From NCBI RefSeq assembly GCF_030144855.1, contig NC_082731.1, positions 20,274,135 through 20,338,000 of the forward strand: a DNA stretch of 63,866 nt, given 5' to 3'. The notes under the pieces are model-generated. The model was not told the origin of the DNA. It saw only the letters and a program-made list of their open reading frames with translations, and did not search any database. Source of the DNA: Hypanus sabinus. Lineage: Eukaryota. The position numbers and the translations under genes were made by a program. This document shows positions 1 through 10,262 of this stretch, piece by piece (the stretch's first letter is position 1; the number at the start of each line of letters is the position of its first letter).

Positions 1-319
1 AAATAAGACTCAATATTAACCAGACCAATTCCTGAAGTGAATTTACCTGAAGAGAGGAATATAGAGAAAGACATTGAGAAGAGACACACGGAATAAATGC
101 CGGAGAGTCAGCGAGCCATATGGAGAACATGTCATAATGAATGTGGGATAGATAGAAAGATAAATAGTTAGACATATGGAGAACGAGAGACCGGATGTGA
201 GTGTGAGAGAGAGGTTCAGTAGAACAGATAGAAGGAATGAGGGGCAAGCATATGGTAAGAATATAGAGCTTTGAAAAATAGAGGGCTATCGATAAGCCTC
301 GGTAGTTCTAAGGTAAGAA

Positions 320-389
320 CATGTTCAGCACAGCTTTGTGGTCCAACGGCCTGTAATGTGCTGTAGGTTTTCTATGTTTCAATGTTTCT
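320..389 (+). mobile_element. Decayed CR1-type LINE/SINE 3' tail upstream of the V promoter
   Basis: GTTCAGCACAGCTTTGTGGTCCAACGGCCTGTAATGTGCTGTAGG followed by a (TCTATGTT)-like tail. Resembles the shark/ray CR1 3' end as I recall it. Homologues at ~21506-21568, ~35219-35290 and in each 5.8-kb unit. Confidence 0.55.
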
Positions 390-503
390 TGTGAGAGAGA
401 TTGCAAATAAGAGAAAGGAGGAGAAACATTTCGAGGAAGTAATACGAGATAGAAAGTGGTATAAAGGCAAGCAGAAACAACAAAAAGAACTGAAACAAAA
501 TGT

Positions 504-546
504 GATTGGTGTCCGGACCGGATTCATTCGGCGCTCACAGCCAATC
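504..546 (+). promoter_or_regulatory. V1 promoter: inverted CCAAT box pair
   Basis: GATTGG 504-509 and CCAATC 541-546 (context CAGCCAATCA). Conserved with the same spacing in front of all seven V genes. Confidence 0.6.
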
Positions 547-679
547 AACGCAACGGCAGGACTGCGCCCCCACATTTACGGAAGCTGACATATGCTTAAG
601 GTCTGATGTTACTCTTCAGTATCGGTCAGGAATATTAACTTATTGGACTGCAAGTAAGCAGTCTTTCGATTCAGACTCC

Positions 680-1112
680 ATGAATTTCCTGTGCTCTCTG
701 CTGATTATATTGGCTTTTTTGCCCGGTGAGTCTTCGCGGTAACGGTCTGTATCTGTTCCTTATGTCCGGAGAAAACTTGATCTGTTCATGCATTCTGTCA
801 TTTTATTGCAGGAGCAATTGGGAAAGATTCCGTGACGCAGTGGCCGACTGATATAACGATTGTGGAAGATCAAAATGTAACACTGAACTGTAATTACACT
901 GGCGATCCTTACAATCTCTATTGGTACGTTCAGCATCGAGTGGAGTCTCCAAAATACTTGCTAAGGATGTACAGCAGCGGAAAAATTGAGCGTCATGCAG
1001 AATGTCCGGCGCGGTTTTCTGGTGGTTGGCAGAGAGTCAACAAGACGGCACATTTGGAGATCTCTGGTGCTTTCGTGTTGGACTCCGCCGTGTATCTTTG
1101 TGCCATGGGTCC
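680..1112 (+). CDS. TRAV/DV: TCR alpha/delta-type V segment V1 (leader exon 680-725, intron 726-811, V exon 812-1112)
   Basis: Leader MNFLCSLLIILAFLP-G ends at G|GTGAGT, with acceptor TTTTATTGCAG. The exon reads (G)AIGKDSVTQWPTDITIVEDQNVTLNCNYTGDPYNLYWYVQHRVESPKYLLRMYSSGKIERHAECPARFSGGWQRVNKTAHLEISGAFVLDSAVYLCAMG, with canonical Cys, WYxQ and DSAVYLC, and is followed by a 23-RSS. Alpha versus delta cannot be resolved here. Confidence 0.93.
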
Positions 1113-1151
1113 CACAGTGTTGTAAGGTGATGACAGCGCCGGACAAAATCG
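1113..1151 (+). other. Recombination signal sequence, 23-bp spacer (V1)
   Basis: CACAGTG 1113-1119, spacer TTGTAAGGTGATGACAGCGCCGG, nonamer ACAAAATCG 1143-1151. Confidence 0.93.
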
Positions 1152-4100
1152 TCCACGATGCACTGAGCGCTCGCTAGAGGGGGCTCTTTACCCGGAAGCT
1201 GGCAGGAGCGCAAAAACATATCCCCACGGTCACGTGAGCGACTTAAGAATTCGAACATTATTCTCAGATGATATGCAGATTTGAGGAAATCTCCGTCAAT
1301 GGCAGCTGTACCAATTCGCTCAAGCTGAAATGTTACAAAATATTTCCCAAACACATGTCATATTTTAGTTGATACAGGGGCGATAGTGTCGATAACTGAT
1401 ATGGCTATTGCAACAAATGGACTGGATATTATATTACGGGTGCAGGCGAAATAATGGTGAAAATAGAAAGAAACGAATTGCAGATAATCGAAATAGGCGA
1501 GGCGGCACTTTCAGTGAATTTCTGGATCTGTCCAAATAATGAGGGTACTATTCTCGGAATAGACAATGAAAGGGAAGGAAGGGCTATTGCAGATCAAGGA
1601 AATTGAAATAATATGCACAAGCCAAGGGCAGCGAGCACGTGCACAACGTAGTCAGCGTAACCACTCTGACAGCTGTTCACAAGGCAGTAACGGCAATTCG
1701 GGATACTAGAATTAAATCCCCGAGCTCTCTCCTCACAGAGAGGGCGGCACAAGGATGTCAAATAGGAATAGAGCAGGAGAAATATATGGATGCAGAGGAA
1801 ACATCTCAGTACGGAAAGCAGGGAATCGCTTTGTGGATGGGTCTTCGAGGTTAAAAGAACTTGCAAATGTCCAGGAAGAAACGTCAGAAGCCAGTTGAAT
1901 AAAAACAGACAGCTCCGAGGAGACGCTTGGGTAACATTCAAAAAGCAGGGGGAAACTGTTACGTCTCGTTATTATGAACAAAAGAAAATCTGCAGATGCT
2001 GGAAATCTGCGGGGGAATCGACAACAGTCCCACCTACACTATCAGCAAGGACGCGGGGCCTGGAAGATTAGTGAGCCTTCAGGGTTCCGGTCCTCAACGC
2101 GGTCTGATTCGAGACCGGTGCTGCGTGAGTACGCGGAAGATCCAAAGCAGCAAGACGTGGATGATCAAAGAGATCCACTGGGAAAGGAGATCCCTTTCAC
2201 GGTGAGGGTGTTGTTGGAAGTGTATGCTCCCTGATGTATGGGACCACAGATGGTACTTTTAAAAAGTGAAACTAGTTTGTGGAGACTTCACGAGGCAGCC
2301 AGTGGAAACAACGGATTCAGGATATACCGTACGACTCTGCTTCTTGTTGCCACCACAGGCAAAGCGGGAGCAGGAGTGCAGCTCGTAACCGTGTAATTAC
2401 AGAGAATCCCCGAGATGGACACCAGCCAGAACTGACCACAGTTGATGGAAACTGATCCGCAGTAAACGTGAAAGTAGAGGTGATCGATGTTGTGACAGAA
2501 CCACGTGAATAACATGCTAAAGAGTGAAGGTAAATTTACTCTGTTCTGACCGCTGATTACTGAAGGTATATAATTAGTTGAATAGGAGAAAATGGAAATA
2601 TATTGCAGAGAACGGATCGGCAGGGAATTAAGTTAAAGAAGACATAATCATAACTTCGATACCATGGTAGAATTGAGGAGGAATGCAGAAGGAATCTGAA
2701 GGCCGTTACGCTCAGCCTGAATGGGGAATTGAAGTGGGCTGGCCAATTTCATCAGTTGCGTCCAGCGATCGACTGCGTAGTTAGGACAGGAGTGCAACCA
2801 GGGAGAGGTCGTGGCAGTAATTGAAATGGAGACACCCGAACCCCGTACATCGATGAGCGGGCCTGTGAGCCTGATGAATTTACTTTGCTGCTGCCTCTGG
2901 AAACAGAGGGTGTTAGCTACCAGAGATTGGAGGAATGAAGACAATGAATTGACTAAGACTCAATCGGTCAGCAAAGAAAGACCCAACAGGCATACGCATG
3001 AAGCTGCATTTCTGAAGACAGTCAGGTGTATTAAAATTCATTTATATCTTTGTGGTATGGGTGCGAATCCTGATGTGTGTGGTTTGTGTGTGATTCCAAA
3101 GAAGGCATTATGGGTGCATTGTAAATGTGGAATTGTCCTTTGAGGGCGAGTGCATAATATATGAGCTAGCCTTGGCAGCGAGACCTTTCAACCGAAAGGG
3201 CCTCAAAGCAGTATATTGCCTGCTGTATCTTGTTTTTCCAAAAAACTCACCCTATTTTTATCGACTCTTGTTTTTAGGTGCCCCCTTTGCACCACCCTCT
3301 CCTAAGGGACCCTCCTACCTACCACACCCTCTCTGCTTTCCGCAGGGATTGCTATTTCCGGGATTCCTATTCAATTTGTCCTCACCACTAATCTTCAACC
3401 AGGCCCTTATTATTGTAAGCGGACTGATAGCTACACCTGCCACACTACCACTGAGAGCCGAATACGTTTGAGTTATTTTCTGCCTCAGTGGCGTGAACTC
3501 TGTTTGGCGGAGGGAAGACATGATGAGAGAAACGCGTCTGAATTGCGGTTTGCGAGTGAGCAGAGGAGAGGGTAAAATCCAGGGAAAAATGTGGGGTTCT
3601 AATGTGGTGCGAAAATGGAGGGAGAAATAGGGCGATTGGGACACTGGAATTAATCCCGCGAGTATACTTCTCACAGAGAGGGAGGCCACGGATGTCAAAT
3701 AGGAATGGAGCAGGAAAATTATATGGGAGCATATGAAACAGCTCTGGAGGAAAAGCAGAAAAGTTTTGTGGATGCGTCTCGGAGGTAGATAAACTAGAAT
3801 ACACGGTCTGGATGCACTGTAGTGAAGGATGCAGGTCAAGAGTGAGCTTCAACAGGACAGCCAGGGGTTTGCTGAACTCAGTGGGCCGACCTGTTGTCCC
3901 CGACAGAATCAATGCTCTACAGCAAAGGCAGACACGCAAAAATATATTCAGATAGTCCGTATACTTTCGGGGCGGTTGTCGGATGGCTGGGGGACGTTGA
4001 GGATTTGTAACCACAACAGGTGCAGGTATTCAGCACGGGCACAGAATACAACAAATGCTGGACGCACTGTCTGCCAGCTCAAGTGACATTAATTAAAGTG

Positions 4101-4277
4101 GAATATCAGCAGTAAGAGAAGAGTAAGGAGCAGAAAGGAATAACAGGAAATCGGAAGTGTGCAGGAAGAAACGTCGGAAGCCAGTTTAATAAAGACCGAC
4201 GGCTCCAAGGAGACACTTGGATTCCATTCCAAACGCGGGGGAAAACTTATGTCTCGTCATTATGAACAAAAGGAAAT

Positions 4278-4416
4278 CTGCAGATGCTGGAAATTCAAGA
4301 AATACACACAATATGTTGGGGGAACTGACCTGGCCAGGCGGCATCTCTGTAGTGATGAACTGTGATGAAGCTGCCTGGCCTGCTGCGTTCCTCCAGCATT
4401 GTGTGTGTATTGTCTT
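4278..4416. repeat. Imperfect inverted-repeat (hairpin) remnant of an abundant elasmobranch repeat
   Basis: Arms ATACACACAATATGTTGGGGGAAC..TGGCCAGGCGGC and GCTGCCTGGCC..GTTCCTCCAGCATTGTGTGTGTAT. Copies at ~17070, ~23180, ~31315, ~37235 and once per 5.8-kb unit. Confidence 0.6.
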
Positions 4417-4424
4417 GTAATTAT

Positions 4425-7400
4425 AGACAACTTCCACTGCTTTAACCTTGTCAACTTTCCTAGTAGCCTCTTCAAAAAATTCAATAAGAATTGTCAAACA
4501 TGACCATCCACGCACAAATCTATGTTGACTGTTCCTAATCAAATCCTGTCTATCCAGATGATTATTTATACCAACTCTATGAAGACTTTCGATTAATTTA
4601 ACCACCACTTACGACAAACGTACAGGCCGATAATTTCCAGGATTACTCTTAGATCCCTTTTTAAACAATGGGACAATATGAGCAATATGCCAAACCGCCG
4701 GCACCATACCCGTTTCTAATGACATATGAAAAATTTCTGTCAGAGCCCCTGTTATTTCTACACAAACTTCCCTCCAGGTCCTGGGGAAATCCTGTCAGGA
4801 TCCTGAGACTTATCTACTTTTATATTCTTTAAAATCGCCAGTATTCTTTAATCATCATAGATTCTCTGACCTGATTCCCATACCTGATACAATTCAGTAC
4901 CCTTCTCCTTAGTGAATACCGAAGAAAAGAAATTGTTCAAAATCTCCTCTATCTCTTTTGGCTTCACACATTGCTGTCCATCCTCATTCGCTAAGGGTCC
5001 AATTTTTTCCCTTACTATCCTTTTGCTATTAATATAACTAGAAACCCTTTGGATTTATTTTCACCTTACTTGGCAAAACAACCTCATATCTTCTTTTAGC
5101 TTTTCTAATTTCATTAATTTGATTCTTCTTACATTCTGTATATTCCGCGAGTACCTCATTTACTCCATGCTGCCGATATTTATTGTAGAATCTCTCTCTT
5201 TTCCCGAACAAAGTTTACAATATCCCTTGAAAACCATGGCTCTCTCAAACATTTAACCTTTCCTTTCAACCTAACAGGAACAGAAAGATTATGTAGCCTC
5301 AAAATTTCACCTTTAAATGACTTCTAATTCTCTATTACCTCCTTCCCATAAAACAAATTATCCCAATCCACTCTTTCTAAATCCTTTTGCATCTTCTCAA
5401 AGTTAGCCTTTCTCCAATTAAAAGTCTCAACCCTGGGTCCAGTCCTATCCTTCTCCAAAATTATACTGGAAGTAATGGCATTATGGTCACTGGACCCGAA
5501 GTTCTCCCCAACACAGACCTCCGTCACATGACCTATCTTATCCCCTAACAGGAGATCCAACACTGCCCCTTCTCTCGTTGGTACCTCTATGTCCTGCTGC
5601 AAAAAAAAAAACATTCTGCACACATTTTAAAAAACGCCAACCATTCTGCCTTTTACAGAATGGGCTTCCCAGTCTATGTATGGAGAATTGAAATCTGCCA
5701 CAATCACAACCTTGTGCTTACTGAAAATATCTCCTATCTCCTTACAAGTTTGCTCCTCCATTTCTCGCTCTCCATTAGGTGGTCAAAAATACACCCATAT
5801 AAGTGTTACTACACCATTCTCATCCCTCATTTCCACCCAAATATTCTCCCTAGACGAGCCCTCTAATCTGTCCTGCCAAAGCACCGCTGTAATATTTTCT
5901 CTGACAAGCAATGCAACACCTTCCCCTCTTGCCCCTCCGATTCTATCACACTTGAAGCAAAGAAATCCGGGAAAATTAAATGCCAATCACACCCTCCTTC
6001 ACTAATAGCTACAGCATCATATTTCCAGGTATCAATCCACGCTCTAAATTCATCCACCTTTCCTAAAATGTTCCTAGCATTAAATTAAATGTATTTAAGA
6101 AATTCTCCACCTCTTACCGTCTGTTTATCCCGGACGGTGCAAACAACTTTACCATCTTCTTTTTCTTCCTTCTCCCCTTATATCTTCGGTCTGAGCGCTC
6201 CCCTTCTCTGTCACCTGCCTATCCTCCCTCACACACTGTCTACTAGGTTTCTCTATTTGTGAACTGATCTCCTCTCTCTGTCCCTTCAATTTGATTCCCA
6301 CCCCAACCATTCGGTTTAAAGTCTCCCCAGTAGCTGTAGCAAATCTACCCGCCAGGATATTGGCCCTCCTAGGATTCAAATGCAACCTGTCCTTTTTGTG
6401 CAGGGCACATCTGCCCTAAATGAGGTCCCAATGATCCAGAAACTTGAATCCCTGCCCCGTGCTCCAAACCCTCAGCCACGCATTTATTCTCCGCCTCACA
6501 CCATTCCTATTCTCACTGTCACGTGTCACAGGCAATAATCCCGAGATTACTACCTTTGCGGTCCTTCTTCTCAAATGCCTTCCTAACTCCCTATATTCTC
6601 CTTCCAGGACCTTTTCCCTTTTCCTACCTATGTCATTGGTACCTATATGTACCACGACCTCTGGCTCCTCACCCTCCCACATCAGGATATCTTGGACGCG
6701 ATCAGAAACATCCGGGACCCTGGCACCATGAATGCAAATTACCATCCAGGTCTCCTGACTGCGTCCACAGGATCGCCTATCTAACTATCAAGTTCCCTAT
6801 TACTACAGCCTTTCCTTACCCTTCTGAGCTATAGGGCCGGAAACTGTGCTGGAGGCACGGCTACTGTTGCTTCCCACAGATAGGCTGTCCCCTCAACAGT
6901 ACTCAAACAGGAGTACTTTTTCTCAAGGTGTACAACCACCTAGGTTCTCTCCAAAGCCTGACTCTCCCCCTTCCCTCTCCTAAGCGTGATCCTCTTGTCT
7001 GCCTCCCGTGGCCCTGGTGTGGGCACCTGCCTGTAACTCCTTTCTATCAGCTCTTCACTCTCCCTGACCAGACGAAGGTCACGGAGCTGCAGCTCCAGTT
7101 CCCAAACACGGTCCCTTAGGAGCTGCGTCTTGTCTCATCTGGCGCAGATATGGTCGGCCGGGAGGCTAGGAGACTCCAGAAACTCGCACATCTGACATCG
7201 AGAACAACAAGCTGCCCTCTCACTCATTATTCCCTCTTTGCTCAAATAACAGGAAAAACTGAAAAATAAACCTACCTTGCCACGCCTATTTCCGCCTAAA
7301 CCCGTTGAGCTAAAGCCCTTAAGACTTCACTGTGCACCCAGCTCGCTCTGCTACCCGCAAACGACGCTAGCCGCTGTGAGGCTGAGTTGCTTTTAAATTT

Positions 7401-7450
7401 TCCGCGCTTCAGTGCCCGCCGTCACACGCCTGCGCAGTTCCGCCTCTCTT
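4425..7450 (-). mobile_element. CR1-clade LINE, decayed, with 5' part retained (ORF1 zinc finger/zipper plus esterase, APE endonuclease, start of RT) and 3' part missing
   Basis: Minus-strand peptides: QMCEFLESPSLPADHICAR*DKTQLLRDRVWELELQLRDL (~7190-7070); VVVHIGTNDIG..VVISGLLP..FLDHWDL (6416-6745, SGNH esterase); DEFRAWIDTWKYDAVAISE, GEGVALLVREN and PTREGAVLDLLL..GSSDHN (APE); LIRNSQHRFVRGWSCLTILIEFFEE..VEVVY (RT start). Right boundary approximate. Confidence 0.9.
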
Positions 7451-8479
7451 AACCCCGATGAGATGAAAACATCAAAATGGCTCACGTAGCACTCCCGTTC
7501 CGATTACAGACTTCCTTCTCCAAATTAAACCTGAATCAGGATTTCTTTCCTTTTAAATCTTCCAGTGTCCAGGTGGACTCTGATCAGAAAGCACATTTCA
7601 TAGGGAAAATAATAACTGAAATGTGCCGACTGCGATGGCTTCGACAACAGTTCCACATACCCTACCACCAGGATTAGTGGTAATTAGTGGTAAGATTGGT
7701 GAGCCTTCAGGGTTCCGGACCTGGAGGCGGGCTGATTCGAAGCCGTTGCTGCCGCCTGATGGGTTGTGTGAGAACACGGTGGATCTAAAGCGGCAAGAAC
7801 TAGAGACTGGAGTTCTTTGGACACAGAGCTCGGACAAAAGCGACGCCACAGACTTTCAACACCATAAATCAGCGAAATGTTTGTTACGTCTCTCCTCTCG
7901 CTGTGAAAAGGGAACACCTCTTTTCCATTTAGATGGGAGAAATGATATGTCGACTACTGGATGAAGGATTTGTCTTTGATGTACTGCATATATCTGTCTT
8001 TCCTAATGCTTTGCTGAAGGGTTGAGTGCTCTTGCTGGGTACCGATGCTTTTTACTGGGGGTGGAGTGAGAGGGAGCTCGTTGCTTTGATGCTGCTTATG
8101 CGTGGCAGGTGGGAGTTGGGGGGCGGATTTGCCTTTCTAATATCTACCATTCGTTCTTTGGGGCACCCCTCTGTTTTCCTGGATGTTTTCGAAGAAATAT
8201 TATTTCAGGATGTATATTGTATACATTTCTCTAACAATCAATGTATGTATTTAGCTTATCGAATCCAATGTACCCTTAGAGTTCAGGAATCGTAGAAACA
8301 ATAAACCAATAATATCCTTGCGAAAATACAGCTGATGGGGAAAGACATGGGTTGATGGATTACCATTCATCCTTTCAGCAGCTGCGGCCAGACATCGACT
8401 GGGTAGTTCGGGCAGGAGGGCAACCAGGGAGAGGTCGTTACAGTAATTGAAATGGAGACCAGCCGAACCTCTTTGTTCT

Positions 8480-8690
8480 AAGTCTATCTCTTGTTTCAAG
8501 GTTTACCTATGAGACTCCGTTTCCCTGTGTCTAGGCTCCGCGTCAAGGCCCCGTGTCAAGGTTCCATATCAGTGCTCTGTGTCAAGATTTCTCCTGCTTG
8601 CTGTTCAGCGTTTACGCCTGTGTCAGCATCCAGACTCAATCTCCGTGCCTGTGTCCTGCCCTTGGGTTCGCTTGCTACGCTTTTGTAACA
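8480..8690 (+). mobile_element. Possible 3' part of an LTR (paralogue ~24340-24549)
   Basis: Repeated GTCAAG units, then GTGTCCTGCCCTTGGGTTC and a TGTAACA end, similar to the end of the solo LTR at 15880-15935. No TSD or 5' end found. Confidence 0.3.
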
Positions 8691-10262
8691 CTCTCGTGTT
8701 GCATTTTCAAATGTCCTACTGTTGATGATAATTTGCATACCATGTCTCCCTTGCGTTGGTTGCAGATCCTCATGACTTTTCTTCCTGGTGATAGGCTGCC
8801 TAACTGGAAAGTCCTTCTCTACTAGTTCAGTGCCATCAGTGTCATCAAACCTATTCGTTACAGGTACGAGATTCGTTGAGTGAGATCCGAAGAAATTAAA
8901 GTTCATAGAATCTGCGGCTACACAGAAGCAGGCTAAGCCTATATGTGGCAAAATCGTGGAAAATATTTGGAAAAATGTTGACAATATTCATCACTGGGAA
9001 TGCTATTCGGCCTGAAGAAAGATCCGTCAGGATGTCGGGTTCTCTGGACAAGAATGGCCAACAGTTACCATTAAAGTATTTCCGGGTTCCCGTGCCGGAT
9101 CGCGCCCCGTTTATTTGTTCTAGTGTAACGGCAGATCTGGATCAAAATCTGATCTGATTGCAGCGGGCTCTCGTACCAGACAGCGCCTTCAATTCTGCAT
9201 CATTATACAATGCAGGCCCGTCCAGGAAACTGAGGCCGCAACACACCCTCCCTGGACATTGAAGATACGAAGTAAACGTCTTATTAGGGATAGATAGACC
9301 TTGTCGGATTCTTTCATTTCCAGGTCGAGGCCAAATACAAAGTGGAGAAACTGCACCCCGTGTTCCTCGGGGTAACTGAAAAGTGACGGCATGAACTTTT
9401 CATTCTCCACTTTCAAAAATCCCTGCCTTCTCGTTCTCTCTCCAGCTGATTCACTCAATTCCCTTTGGACTCTTCTTTGAAACTACTGCCCATGTTATCG
9501 CCCTTTTCCTTTTCCTTCCTGCTCCAGGGCACCACGCATTGTACTCAGTTGGTCACCAATCTCGGCCCCTTTCGCAGGAACTGTTCACAGCGGCCCACTA
9601 TTCCTCCTCTATCTGCTTGCAGACTGTTTCACTTTCCCATCAGATCCCACCATCTTCAGCCCGATTTCTGAAGACAATGTCACTCAACCCTTTCGTCGTC
9701 TCTTTGTCCTATCACCTTTTACTGCGTAAATTCTCCTCTCGGCATTTACGATCAAAAACCCCCTCAATATTCTGTATATCTAACAATGTTTATTTCTCTA
9801 ATTTCCAACACAGGCCCACTACGTTGAATCTATGTTATTGTGGTTGAGAACGTCTTCTGTCCTATAAACAACAAGACTGTTGAAACATCTGCTGTCATGA
9901 CAGCTACCTCACTCCTCGAGAAGCTCTTTCGAACGTCCTCCGTCGAGGGTTTGCCAGTTTTAAATGAGGGAAACACACAACAGAGGCTCCCCTTTGTCCT
10001 TTACCTTCATCGCAGTGTTCCCTACTCTGCTCAGTCAGCATACGAGACATATCGATCAGATGCTTGAACAATGAACTATTGGTTCCAGCATCCTCCTCCA
10101 TTCCTCAACAATCGCTTCCACATTTCCGTCGTCTGCTGATAATCCTCTTAATCCTTGTGATTTTAATCATTTTAGGCAGAAAAGTAAAACTAGTCACAAA
10201 CCCTTTCTGAAAGTTCAACATTGTGCAACCATTATAATAGAAACTGTGCTTGTATGTGGAAG

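Noticed and set aside
680-1151. Assignment as IgH, IgL, TCR beta/gamma or NAR-TCR supporting V
   Set aside because: There is no exact octamer promoter and no clustered D/J/C as in shark Ig miniloci. The SVTQ/WYVQ/YLCAM pattern with a 23-RSS fits alpha/delta best, and leaders are present, unlike NAR-TCR supporting V genes. Beta or gamma is less likely but needs a phylogeny to exclude.
7328-7334. Reverse heptamer CACTGTG (also ~28285 and ~33875) as a possible J or D RSS
   Set aside because: No GGTTTTTGT-like nonamer 12 or 23 bp upstream, no FGxG J motif downstream, and two of these lie within LINE sequence.
8556-9458. Caspase-like (GIRIIINNRTF) and sacsin-like (GPALYND) motifs in the unidentified block
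   Set aside because: Short chance-level matches. The expected downstream motifs and spacing are absent, so no gene call is made.
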